NCBI GenBank assembly: GCA_013416795.1
Contig: RQSC01000002.1
Location: forward strand, 472,145 to 536,144
DNA length: 64,000 bases
Direction of reading: 5' to 3'
DNA from: Prasinococcaceae sp. CCMP 1430
Lineage: Eukaryota > Plantae > Prasinodermophyta
Positions 1-10,777 of this stretch are shown piece after piece. The notes below the pieces were generated by a model. It saw only the letters and a list, made by a program, of their open reading frames with translations. It did not search any database and had not been told where the DNA came from. Position 1 is the first letter of the stretch; each line of letters opens with the position of its first letter. The position numbers were made by a program, and so were the translations under genes.

Positions 1-1463
1 GCCACAGCAGCTTGTTGCCCCACGCCCACGTGCCCTGGGTGCGAAAATGAAGAGAGAGAGAGAGAAGACGGGCGCGGGAGTCAGCGCCAGCGTGAGGGCG
101 ATGCGACGCACGCTCGCGCGCACGCACGGGCGGGCGCTCGCGCGCGCACGGGCCCTCGCGCGGGCGGTTGCGCTCGCGGTCACGCGCGCTCGCGGGGGTG
201 TTTGGGTACAATGCGCGCGCTCGCGCGTGGGATGGCGGTGGCGGCGATGGTGTGTGTGTGTGTGTGTGTGTGTTCGCGCGCGCGCGATTGTGGTGGTGAC
301 GGTGGGGGAGGACGACGCAAGCGCATGTGCGCCTCCGTCCGTCGCAGCTAGTCCTCGCGGAGAAGCCCGCGGTGGGTCGCTCCTGCTCCGGCGGCGCGCG
401 CGCGCGCTCGCACCACTCCCATGGGCGACGCCAGGACGTCTGACGCCCCGAGCTTGCGGTACTGCGAGCGCGGAATGGTGCCGCCGCTCCCGATCTTGCC
501 GCGCCCGAGCAGCCCCTCCAGCGACGGCGCCTGCGGAAGCTGCAGGCGCGGCCAGTCCGCCGCGCGCGCCGGCGCTCGGCGGGCAGTATATGTACACGTT
601 GTGGTCCTCACCGCTCACCGGCTTCTCCTCCTGCCGCGCCTGCCGCGCCTGCCGCGCGGAGGAGTAGGGGGCGGCGGCGCGAGCGCGCGGGCGCGTGCGC
701 GCCCCCGCCACCGCATGCGCGAGTGTCCCCATCGTTCCCCCCCCCTTCCTGCTCACCCCGCGCCCCGCCTCGCCCTCCGCGCTCGCGCTCCGCTGTGGCG
801 CCGCGTCCCCGCGGCGGCGTCACTGCTGCGGATCGGGTGCGGATGTGGGAGAGGAGAGGGCAAACAAAACAAACCCCCCCTCCGCTCCCGCTCGCTTTTT
901 GTATTGGTATCGGCATCGGCATCGGCGCGCCGCGGCGGGCTCGCGCGATGCGCCCGCAGGCGTTGTGGCTTTGGCTTTGAATGTACGTGGACCCTCTGTA
1001 CAAACATACCCAAATACAATGTACTGTACTGTACTGTACAGTGCAGTCCCTCTGTTCCGCAAAAAACTATCTCATTTGTTTTGATATATAAATAGGGTCT
1101 TACCCCAATGGCGCGTAAATTCGTGTGCGATACGTCACTTATAATCCATATCGGTTAGGGTTATGACCTAACCGCAACTCGAAACCGGGCGCTCGGAAGC
1201 CCCGAACGTGGCGCCCGCGGACGCCCGCGCGCGCGGAATCGCCGCCATCCGTTTTGATGGTAGTCGGCCGTCACGCCGCGCCCGCGGACTGCCATCAAAA
1301 TACATTGTGGAAAAGACGATGGTTTTTCTATCAATCCTAATGAAAAGGGGCTCCGCGCTCGCGCTCTCGAGCGCTGCGAGCTCGTCGCGCGCCCGTGTGT
1401 CGGCGCGCCACGCGCGCGCGGCGTGCACCGGCGCGAGCGCGCGGGGCGCGCGCGCAGGCCGCG

Positions 1464-3271
1464 ATGGTCGAGGGGCACTCGGTGCACCGCGTGTGCCACC
1501 AGCACCGGCGCGCGCTCGCGGGCCTCGCGTTCCGCGCGACGAGCCCCAACGGGCGATTCGCGGAGGGCGCCGCAGCGATCGACGGAAAGGTGCTGGAGAG
1601 GGTCGAGGCCATCGGCAAGAACCTGCTCTACTTCTTCGGGGGCGATGGCCGCGGCGGCACGGGGGAAGACGTCACCGTCATGCACGTGCACTTCGGCATG
1701 TCCGGCCGCTTCGGCGTCTTCGGCGCGGACAGCGCGCCAGAGCCGAAGCCGACCACGCGCCTCCAGCTCCAGACGGCCGAGCGCGGAGGGCTCATCGCGC
1801 ACCTCAGCGCGATGACCGTGCAGCACGGCGGAATCGAGCTGTTCCACGAGCGGCGCGCGGCGCTCGGGGAGGACCCGCTGCGAGACGGTGCGTGCGCCGT
1901 GAGTCCGACTGCCGGTCGGCGGGGTGCGCGCGCGCGCGATCGGCGCGGCGCTCAACGACGGAAGCGGCGCGAGCCAACGCGCGCGTCGCAGCTGACCCCG
2001 ACCCCTCTCGGCGACCGCGACACTGCTGGCGCGCTCGCCCCCCTCCGCGTCCGTCCGATCAGATGCCGACCCAGGGGCCTTGCGCGCGAAGGCTGCGCGC
2101 AGCTCCAAGCCGGTCGGGCTGTTGTTGATGGACCAGGCCATGATGGCAGGCGTAGGCAACATCTACCGGGCAGAGATCCTATGGCGCTCGAAGCTGCACC
2201 CAGAGATGCCATGCTCAGCGCTCACCGACGCGCAGTTTGCAGAGGTGAGTGCCGCGCTGGCGGGGGATCGTGGGTTGGGGATGGGTGGGGGCGGAGGTGG
2301 GGCGGGTGGGCGAGGGATCGCACGACGGATGGGGCGCGCACCAACGAGCGGAGCTGCTGCGCGAGCGCATGCGCGAGCTGACCCGCTGGTACTGGCGTCC
2401 GCGCACGTCACGATCGCGAGCGCAGCTCTGGCGGCAATCCGTGCGCATGCTCCGCAAGGGCTTCGAGTGCGGCTCGATCATTACCGTCGACGATGAGTGC
2501 GGGCGGTACGGCGCCCCCTGGTCGAGGCGATACATCTACAACCAGAAGCAATGCCCCGCGTGCAAAGGCCCGGTCCGCTCGTGGAGCATGTCCAACCGCA
2601 CGGTTTACTGCTGCGAGACGTGTCAGCCGCTGGACACCAACCAGCGCGCCGCACTGCCGGCTGCGCGTGCCAAGGCGCTCGGAGCGGCGAGAGGCGCCAA
2701 GCTGTTTGCGTCGCACTGTGCGCCCGACCGCGGCGCGGACGTGCTGCCCGAAAAGATGAGGGTGGCCGAGCTCAGGAGCGCGCTTGACGCGCTCGGGCTG
2801 AACACGCAGGTGAGTCCTCGCGCGCTGCTCGTTCGCCTGGGCGCGCGCGCGCGCGCGCTGCGTTCGTCTGCGACTCGCGCGCGCAGGACACAGCGTGCGC
2901 GGTGCGCGCACGCTTCGAAGTCTTCGCGAGTGGCAGGGGCCGCTGACACCCGCGCGTCGCCTGCGCTGCTTCGCCAGGGCAAGAAGGCCGACCTCCTCGC
3001 ACGCCTGCTGGCGGCTGAGCGCACTGGCACTGCAGGGATCGTGCCGAAGTCAGCCGCGGCCGCCGCTGCCGAAAAGCTTGCGGCCGGCGAGAGCCGCGCG
3101 GTGGAGCACATCGCCGAGCTGGACGACGAGATGGCCGCCGTCATCGGCGTTGGCAACGCGGGAGCGCGCGCGGCAGCGGGGACGCCAGCTCGCGCGAAGG
3201 GGGAGCGGGCGCCCGCACGCCCACGGGCGGGAGTGAGGGGCGTGAAGCGCGCCAGGCGGTCCCTCAAATGA
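1464..3271 (+). CDS. Fpg/Nei-family DNA glycosylase/AP lyase with H2TH, C4 zinc finger and C-terminal SAP domain; exons about 1464-1887, 2063-2244, 2426-2809, 2978-3271
   Basis: N-terminus MVEGHSVHR; GKNLLYFF and HVHFGMSG; H2TH motif LLMDQAMMAGVGNIYRAEIL; zinc finger CPACKGPVRSWSMSNRTVYCCETCQP; SAP-like MRVAELRSALDALGLNTQ|GKKADLLARLLAAE. Three GT..AG introns restore the frame. Confidence 0.9.
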
Positions 3272-3399
3272 GCGCACGCCTGCGCCGGTCTTGCGACGTA
3301 AGTGTGTCGTTCAGTGTTGTCGCTTGCGTCTTTCCATACTGTAATCGCACCCTTAGCTGCTGTGTTGTCTACTTCTTGCTACCGCGTGCACACCAACGG

Positions 3400-3808
3400 C
3401 CCGAGCTCCCACAACTCGTTCGAGTACTCGTTCGGTACTGACGAAAATGGCCAGCCCACTTACCTGCGCTCGGACCTAGTCATCACCGACACCACCACAG
3501 GACGCAGACACTGTCTGGACGTCACCTTCACGGACCCGTCTGCCCTGGTGAACATGGCCGGCGCGAATCCGTCCACGTCGGCGGGCCTGGAGCGCCTCTA
3601 CAAGGCCCACGTCCAGCTCTACGCACACATCTGCGCGTACCACAACATCCAGTTCCACCCGCTGGCGTTCGACACCCTGGGGCGTGCGCACAAGTCAACC
3701 GTGGGCGACATCGCTCACCTCTTCACCAAGCGGGACAAGCGCGTCGGATCCTTGCTGACGGCCTGCATAGTTCATCGCCGGCATGCGTTCTCCGTGCGTG
3801 CTGCGTGA
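3400..3808 (+). mobile_element. Degenerate fragment resembling the restriction-like endonuclease (RLE) C-terminus of a non-LTR retrotransposon (CRE/R2-like)
   Basis: Translation YLRSDLVITDTTTGRRHCLDVTFTDPS...YAHICAYHNIQFHPLAFDTLGR fits the R-x-D...D-V...P...Y...F-x-P...(E/D)-T-x-G pattern. No RT domain is adjacent. The match is by eye only. Confidence 0.55.
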
Positions 3809-4107
3809 ACACACACGACCGCCCAAGGCGCCGCTCACGCGGCCGCGCTGCGGGTGGATAGCTAGCTTTTACACAGGAACCTCGATCTTAGCTAAGGGTG
3901 CGATTACGCGCGCTACGTAACCTTGCGCTTGCGTCTTCTAGCACTGTAATCGCACCCTGTGTAACGGTAACCGCATTCGCGCGGGGGGCTGCCCTGTGTA
4001 CTCGGTCTGGCGCCCTCCGGCCGGAGAGAGGATGGGCGCTTCTCACGATCGATCGTCGCGCCGCCGGATGGGTGTGGGGGCGATCGCCGCAGGTCCATCA
4101 GTGGCGT

Positions 4108-5836
4108 TCACTCAGAGGTTTCATCGGGCGGCCGTTTCATGGCCGCATGCGCATCAATCATGATGGCAGCGGCGCTCCTCCTCTCGCTGAGTGGGAGCGC
4201 TGCGTTGTCGGCATGCATCGTCTTCAGCAGGGTCGCAAGACGCTTGTGGTACGGGCTCTGACCCTTCTTCTTCGTTCCGGCTTCGAGTCCGGGCGTCCTT
4301 GGCTCGAGGTCCTGCTGCTGGGCCTTCTCGAGGTCCTGCTGCTGGGCCATCTTCGTCACAGCCGCGGCGCGCTCCTCACTCTCCAACCATCGCTGGTTGC
4401 AGGCCTTTAAGACGTCCCCCGGGCCCACAGCAGCGCCACCAGACCGCTCCTCGCACTCCTTCTTCACGGACAGATACACCGCTCTTTTGAAGTCCGCGTG
4501 CGCCGCCTGCAGGATCGACGGCGGTTGCCGCTTTCGTTTCTTGTCATTGACGTCGGCAGCGCCAGGCGACTCCGGCTCTCCTGACTTTGACTTTGTAGAC
4601 GCTGGCTTCCCAGACGGCTTTCCAGACGCTGATGGAGGTGGCATCTTGCGGCGGAGCGCGCCCCGAGTGTATGCAGCACCGACCATAGCGGCCGCCTTCG
4701 CGCAGTTCTCCTCGCTGAAGGTTGGGTCTCCGATAAGGAAGCGCCGCACGTCCGTCGAAGAACGAAACTCGCTTCGGCAGCCCCCGTTGTCAAACTCCGG
4801 AGGGTAGAAGTACCAGTCCCCGGTGCCTGCTGTCTGGATGCCGGCAAGACTGCGCGGGAACCACTTCATGGTCCAATCCTTCGGGATGCCGCTGAGCTCG
4901 TGCGACAGCCAATCAGTGATGGGCTGGAAATCCCCTGTCGGCTCCGCGTTGTTCCAGTACTTGCCAAGGACAACCGAGGGTCCGCGCTCGCCGTAGATGT
5001 CGACGTAGATTCTCGGGTGGCCGTCCGTGCCCCGCGGGAAGAGGCACCGATTCCCCGCGGGAATTGGCACGTTGTACTCCTGGCAATATTGTGCCAAACT
5101 GATGCCTTCCGTATCCCCTTGCGTTCGGCTGGGCTTGCTGTCCCTAGTGCCGGCGCCAGCACTGCGCGCGCCGCTGCGCGAAGGTTTGCGGACGAGGTTC
5201 TTGACGGTGCCAGCCGCGCACTCTGTGCCTAGCACCCGCACGCTCATCCTCCACTTCTTGCTGCTACCCCTGCCACCGGCCTTCTCGAACTCCCCCATTT
5301 CCATCACACGCCCATCCTGCAGCACGACCTGGAGCTTGTGCGGCCGCATCGTCCCCTCGAGGGTACCGCAGCGTACGCGCAGCTTCGTGAGCGCCGACCT
5401 GAGCGGGCGGCAGCGCGCCGCGGTCATAGTCGCCTCCTCGTCCACTTCTTGTTGCCGCATGAGGGCCTCGTTGTCCGCCTGCGGATGCGATGGCCGAGTC
5501 AGCTCTCGCGTCTCGCACGGCGCACAGGCAGCAACGACAGACGAGGCGGGCAAGACCAGGCGGCGCTGTGAGACGTACCTTGCTGCGGCAGCGCGCGCAG
5601 TCTGGCACCAGCTTCATTCTCGGGTTGATTTTGGTCTCATCACGCGCTTTCTTGGTTGTGACGACGTTGCTGCGCTCTTCATGCCCTCGCGCGGCGTCCT
5701 GCGCCTGGCGCTCCTCGAGGGCCCTGCGCAACCAGACAGCGTGCTCCAACGTTCGCAGGTCGAGGCGGAGCGCGGCCAGCTCCGCTTCCCTCCTTGAGGC
5801 GCGCGCTGCGACGCCTTCCGCGGACACGTCGTCCAT
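4108..5836 (-). CDS. Chromatin-reader-like protein with SAND domain, MBD domain and a C-terminal HMG-box-like helical region; exons 5836-5579 and 5478-4108
   Basis: SAND-like LRVRCGTLEG...MEMGEFEKAGGRGSSKKWRMSVRV; MBD-like IPKDWTMKWFPRSLAG...GDWYFYPPEFDNGGCRSEFRSSTDVRRFL; HMG-like AAHADFKRAVYLSVKKE...VLKACNQRW. A 100-nt intron with GTACGT donor, GCTGAC branch site and CCGCAG acceptor joins the frames. Confidence 0.7.
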
Positions 5837-5848
5837 GGCGCCCGCTTC

Positions 5849-6203
5849 GTGCACCAACACCCCCTCGGCGGCACTGCGCACGCGCCAAAACGTGCGGGCG
5901 CGGCGCGCGAGTTCGCGCGCGCCTCCCGCCCCACACACACACACACACTGCTGCAAAGGGTGCGATTACAGTGTGAGAAGACGCAACACACACACACACA
6001 CACCTCCCCCTCCCACTCTTCCTGCCCTCCTCCCCTCTCTGCGCGCCCGCCACGCAGCGCGTGCGCCAACACCCCCTCGGCGGCACTGCGCACGCGCCAC
6101 AACGTGCGGGCGCGGCGCGCGAGTTCGCGCGCGCCTCCCGCCCCACACACACACACACACTGCTGCAAAGGGTGCGATTACAGTGTGAGAAGACGCAACA
6201 CAC
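5849..6203. repeat. Tandem duplication, ~143-bp unit with 212-bp period (5849-5991 and 6061-6203), ending at a single N
   Basis: Near-identical copies with at least 2 substitutions. Each contains (CA)n-TGCTGCAAAGGGTGCGATTACAGTGTGAGAAGACGCAA-(CA)n. Confidence 0.85.
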
Positions 6204-6593
6204 NCCCCGGCCCCAATTCCGCCCCTCCCGCTCCCTGCTGGACCCGTGTGCGCTCGCGCGCCCGCGGCGCGGCACACGCCTGCGGGCGGCGTTCGTCCGA
6301 GTGGCGCGCCCGTGGCCGGGCGGGGAGGGAGGGGGGGCGCTGGGGCCCCGGGGCGGCCGCGGCGCTCGACCATCCGACGCGGGGCCTGCGCGCTTACAGC
6401 GCCATCGACGTGGACTGAGAGGCGGGCGCGCGCGAGGCAAAGGGGCAGCGCTTCGACTGGGATGCGTGATCGTGCGCCTCGGCAGAGCTCGGGCCTGCTG
6501 GCAGCGTCGGACGCCAGCCGGCGAGCCGCCGCCGCCGTGCGCCCCACTGAGTAGTGGCCGCGTTGCGCCCCCGACGACCCCCATCCCGTCACG

Positions 6594-8921
6594 ATGATGG
6601 CATGGAAAGGCGGCGCGCACCGCCACCACCAGCCGCCGCAGCAGCGACCGCGCCGACGAGGCGCCCGTGCGCTTGCCTTCGCCGCGTGCCTCGCCGCAGT
6701 GGCCGCATGCGGGGGCCTGGCGACGCATGCGGCGCTGGTGGCGCGCGCAAGAGCGGCGCCTGCGCGAGCATCGCCTGCGCGAGCGGCCCCGGTGGGAGCG
6801 ATGCCCCAGCAATCCCAGCGGCAGCAGCACCCCCATCTCGACTCACAGCTCGTCGCACAAGCCCTCAAGCGCAACAACATCAGCGTTGGCAACGTCGACC
6901 TGCCCGTAGGCCTGGACTCCTCGAAGCCGATCTTCCTCACATGCGCGACGGTGCGAGCGCCGCGCCGCCACGCTCGACCTTCACCCTCCTCGTGCGCGCG
7001 GGTCTGAACGCGTTGCCCCCACCGCCGTTCCGCACGACCCGACGAGGGCTGCGTCACCGCCCTGCTCGAGCGACGCGCGTTCGGCACCAGCTCACGCACG
7101 CCGCCCCACCTCAAACCCCCGCGCCCCAAACCTCACCCCCTCTCCAAACAGGCGTCCATGCAGGACTTCCTGCGCAACTGGGTAGCCCACGTCCGACGCG
7201 CCGGAATCGCCAACGTCCTGGTAGGCGCCTTCGACGCGGCGACAGTCTCGCTGTGCCGTGAGCTCGACCTGCCACACGTGTCGAGCCTCGTGTGGGAGTA
7301 CGAGGGAATGGCCACCGGCGGCGCGTCGCTGCACTCGGACAACGCGCCCGTCATCCGACACTCGGCGCCGCTGCACGCGCTCGGCATCCTGCGCGCACAG
7401 CTGCTCGTGCAACTGCTAGCCCGCGGCCACTCGGTGTTTGTGAGCGACGTGGACACCGTGTGGCTGCGCGATCCAGCGGATTTCCTCGCGTCGCACTCCA
7501 GCGCGGCGGCGGTCGACGTCGCACTCGGCAACGACTGCGTGAGCGTGAGCGGCGACGAGGAGCGCGAGGGCTGGCTCAACTCGCAGCTCAACGTGGGGCT
7601 CGTCTTCCTGCGCCCCACGCCGCGCGCGCTCGAGCTTGTGGCGCGCTGGCAGGGGCAGCTCGAGCGCCCCGGCACGGCGCATGTCAATGACCAGGATCTC
7701 ATGTGGAGGGTGCTGCAGCAGCTCAAGCACGTGTCGCGAGAAGGGCCGTGGCGGTTCAGTGTGCGGATGCCCACCAGCGGCCGCGCAGACGACCCCTCGG
7801 CCTTCTTCACCGCCGAGGAGGCGCCGCACCTTCTCGGCAGCGCGGATGGCAGCGGCGGCGCGGCCGCCGTCCCAATGCCGGCTTCGGCGGAGACATACAA
7901 GGGCGTCAACGGCCTGGTGCTGGGCGTGCTCCCCGTGGCGCTATTCATGGGTGGCCACCCCTACTTCTGGCAGCGGCTGCACGAGCGCCCGGGCGCGGCG
8001 CAGCCCATCGTGGTGCACGCCACCTTTCAATTCAGCCACTCTCACGGCAAGCGGCAGCGCTTTCGCGAGGAGGGCCTCTGGCTGGCGGACCCCCCTGAGT
8101 ACTACTCCGGGCCGAACTACCTGACCTTCGAGCCAGAAGAGCCAGCATGGGAGGAGATCGAGCGGGCGGTCGTGGAGCGGCGACGAGAGGAGCGGGAGCG
8201 GGCAGGGGACGCCAGCGCGGCGGGTGAGCCCAGTGACGCGGCTGGCGGCACGGATTCTCTCGCGCTCATCGACCGCCACATGCTGCAGGCGCACCTCCAT
8301 CGGTTGGAGACATACAACGCCTTGGCCCTCTCGCGCGCGCTCAACCGCACGCTCATCCTGCCGCGGTCGCCGTGCTGGTGCGAGCGCTACTGGGGGACGG
8401 CACTGCCTGCGTGCTTGCTCCCTCACAGCGAGGGGAGCCTGCCGTACAAGTGCCCCACTGACCACCTGTACTTCCTCGCAAACCTCGATGGCCTGCCCTG
8501 GCGCGAGGACGGCCTGCTGCGCAACGAGCGCACCCCGCGCGAGGTCAAGGAGGACGTGCAGCGCGTGGCGGTCGGCGGCGGGACGGAGCCGTCGCTCCCA
8601 GCCTTCGCCTCGGACGCGCAGGCTGCGGCGCTGCTGGGGGATTCGCCTCACCGCGTGCTGTCCGTCTCGGGGGCCTCGCGCGCGTTCGGGCGCTTTGTGG
8701 ATCCGGCCGCGCAGTCCGACTTCCAGCGGCGGATGGACCGCGCGCTCGACGCCAGTGTCTTCTTCTGCGCGAAAGACAGGCAGTGCAGGGTGGGCTATGA
8801 GGCGCCCGCGCAGCTCGAGGGGGACGGCGCCTCCTCCCTTGAGGGGGCGGCGGGCGGCTGGTGGCGCGAGCGCTTCCCGAGGAGCGGAGGTCTCGGCGTG
8901 GTCCAGGCGCACGGCCGCTAG
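6594..8921 (+). CDS. GT77 nucleotide-diphospho-sugar transferase, XEG113-like extensin arabinosyltransferase; exons about 6594-6950 and 7152-8921
   Basis: N-terminal signal anchor; FLRNWVAHV; DxD motif VSDVDTVWLRDP; LNVGLVFLRP; GHPYFWQR...VVHATFQFSHSHGKRQRFREEGLWLADPPEYY; CWCERYW. The intron gives a clean FLTCAT|ASMQDF junction. Confidence 0.8.
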
Positions 8922-9122
8922 CGAATCGGCGAATCGCGCGGTCGCGCCGACAGTGCAGGTGCGAGTCGCTCGAAGAGGCTCCCGTGGTTTACTCTGAGGT
9001 TATTTTGAATGTATCTTCTATGTCCTCTATTTCAACAGACTTCTGAGTTCTCTTCACGTACCCACGGGCGGCTGCTTCTGCAGCTGCGGCGGCGCGAGCG
9101 GGCGCGTTCGTTTTGATGGCCG

Positions 9123-10685
9123 TTGCGCCGAGGGGGCCGGCGCGGCGCGCCACAGCGCGCGCACGTGGCACACGCCGCGGATAAACGCGCGAGGGGGGCG
9201 CGATGGGCGTGCAGCGCGCGACGCGGTGCGCGCCGGCGCGCGACGTGCGCCGGAGCGGGCGCGACAAGGGGCGGCTCAGCCTCATGGGACGATGCCTTTC
9301 CGGACCCCACTGCCAGCCCCGCCGGGGACGCAGGCGCAGGCGTCGCCGCCACTGCGGATCCTCCGTCGGCCTCGCTGCGCTCATTTGCCCGCGAGGCCGC
9401 CAACCGCGGCGAACTCGCCGGCGAGCTCCTCTTCCGCGCGCGCGCGCCCCAGCCCGTGGCCTTCCCTCGGCGCAGCGTGCGGCTGCGGCTCGCCGTGCTC
9501 CTGCTCCGCTCCACGTACGAGTCCGTGAGCTCCGCCGAAGTGGTGAGCGACGCAGACTTCCAGCGCTTCTTCTTCTTGGAGCGTCAGTCGGCGTGGCAGC
9601 CGTACCTAAACCTGTACTCGCCATCGCGCATCGACCAGGGCGACCTGTCTGACCCTCTGTACTTCGACTACATATCCGCCGCGCAGTACCTCACGCTGGC
9701 CAGGATCCTGCGCGACGCCTCCTCGGGCGCGCTGCCGCTGCTCTACGAACGCACCGTGTACGTGCCGCCTGACGAGGAGGCGGGCACAGAGGAGCGGTGG
9801 GAGACGTCGGTAGCTCGGCGAAATCCGGACCTCGACGATGCGGGCGCGCTGCAGGCCTTCATCGAGAGGGCCGTGGGAGACACCATCCTGGGGCACGCGG
9901 AAACCGACTTCGCGGACGCCAAGGTCACCGTGCCGCCGGCGTGCGAGGACCCGAGGTGCGCGGGCGCGCGCGCGCTGATTTGTGTGTGGCGTGACGCGTG
10001 TGGGCATCGACCGCGTGTTTGGGGGGGAGGGAGGCATTTGCGCCACCGTAGCCCGCCTCATCGGCGCGGACATCGAAGCGCATGCGAATGTTCGCTAATG
10101 TCAGCGCGCGGGCGCTTGCGCGCGTGCGTCCCCCATCACCACGGCCACTTGGCCCGTTCGCCCGCGTGCTCGCGTCCGTAGCCTGTTGGAACGCGAACGC
10201 TGCGTGTACGCCGGCGCCAAGCAAATCCTCGCCTCGCTGGTGGATGGCGGCTTCGCGCTGAAAGCTGAGGTGTCTGAGCTCGAGCCCTCGACGGAAGACG
10301 TCGGCGGTGCCACCTTTGCTGTCAGACTGGAAGGTGAGCACAGCGAGTGTGCTAGCGCTCTGCGTCCACGCGCTCTGCGCTGCCAAACGCCCACGTTCAC
10401 AGGATCGCGCCGCGCCTTGGCGCACGTCCGCGCCCGTTCTTACGTGCCTGCTGCCCACGCGCTCGCTCGCCCCCGTCCGCTCCTCGCTCGCATCGTTGCG
10501 CAGGCCCGTGCACGCTGTGGTCCTCGCAGCAACTGCGCGCCCAGCAGGTGCCGCTTGCCAACGACCTCGACGCCTTTCTCCTGGCGGCGTGGGCGCGGCG
10601 CAGCGGTGTGTTGCTCGAATGGAATACCCGCGTCGGCACCAGTAGCGTGGAGAGAGCATTCAGGATATCGGAGCTCACAGGCTGA
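9123..10685 (+). CDS. Conserved hypothetical, probably plastid/cyanobacterial-type protein; exons about 9123-9955, 10182-10333, 10504-10685; start uncertain
   Basis: Well-formed globular segment LAVLLLRSTYESV...FQRFFFLERQSAWQPYL...QGDLSDPLYFDYISAAQY; two GT..AG introns keep the frame to PCTLWSSQQL...NDLDAFLLAAWARRSG...TG*. The nearest ATG (9116) is out of frame. Confidence 0.6.
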
Positions 10686-10777
10686 CCGACCCCGCAGCCC
10701 TCGGCACTGGTCGTACGTGCACATGGTCATGTAGAGCGCGCGCACGCCGGTCACTATCATTCATCTCATGTCATTTC

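Larger units (their letters stand above)
3324..6198. repeat. Dispersed 30-bp repeat family TTGCGTCTTYNNNNACTGTAATCGCACCCT: + copies at 3324-3353 and 3929-3958; - copies at 3890-3907 (partial), 5957-5986 and 6169-6198
   Basis: Read directly from the sequence. 3929-3958 matches the reverse complement of 5957-5986 at 28/30. 3341-3358 and 3890-3907 form a perfect 18-bp inverted repeat. Confidence 0.9.

Noticed and set aside
47-1100. Several overlapping ORFs and a possibly coding minus-strand stretch (EEKPVSGEDHNVYIYC)
   Set aside because: Low-complexity Arg/Ala translations from GC and GT microsatellites; no family recognised and no consistent gene model within the window.
5479-5600. Apparent LSD1-type zinc finger CARCRSKVRLTAPPGLARLVCRCCLC in ORF 5264-5956
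   Set aside because: Most of it lies inside a well-formed 100-nt intron (GTACGT donor, GCTGAC branch site, CCGCAG acceptor) that joins exon 1 to the SAND exon.
3929-6203. Target-site duplications around the inverted-repeat units
   Set aside because: The flanks (CCTTGCGC versus CACACACA; TCCATACT versus GCGCGCTA) do not match, so a classical cut-and-paste superfamily cannot be assigned.
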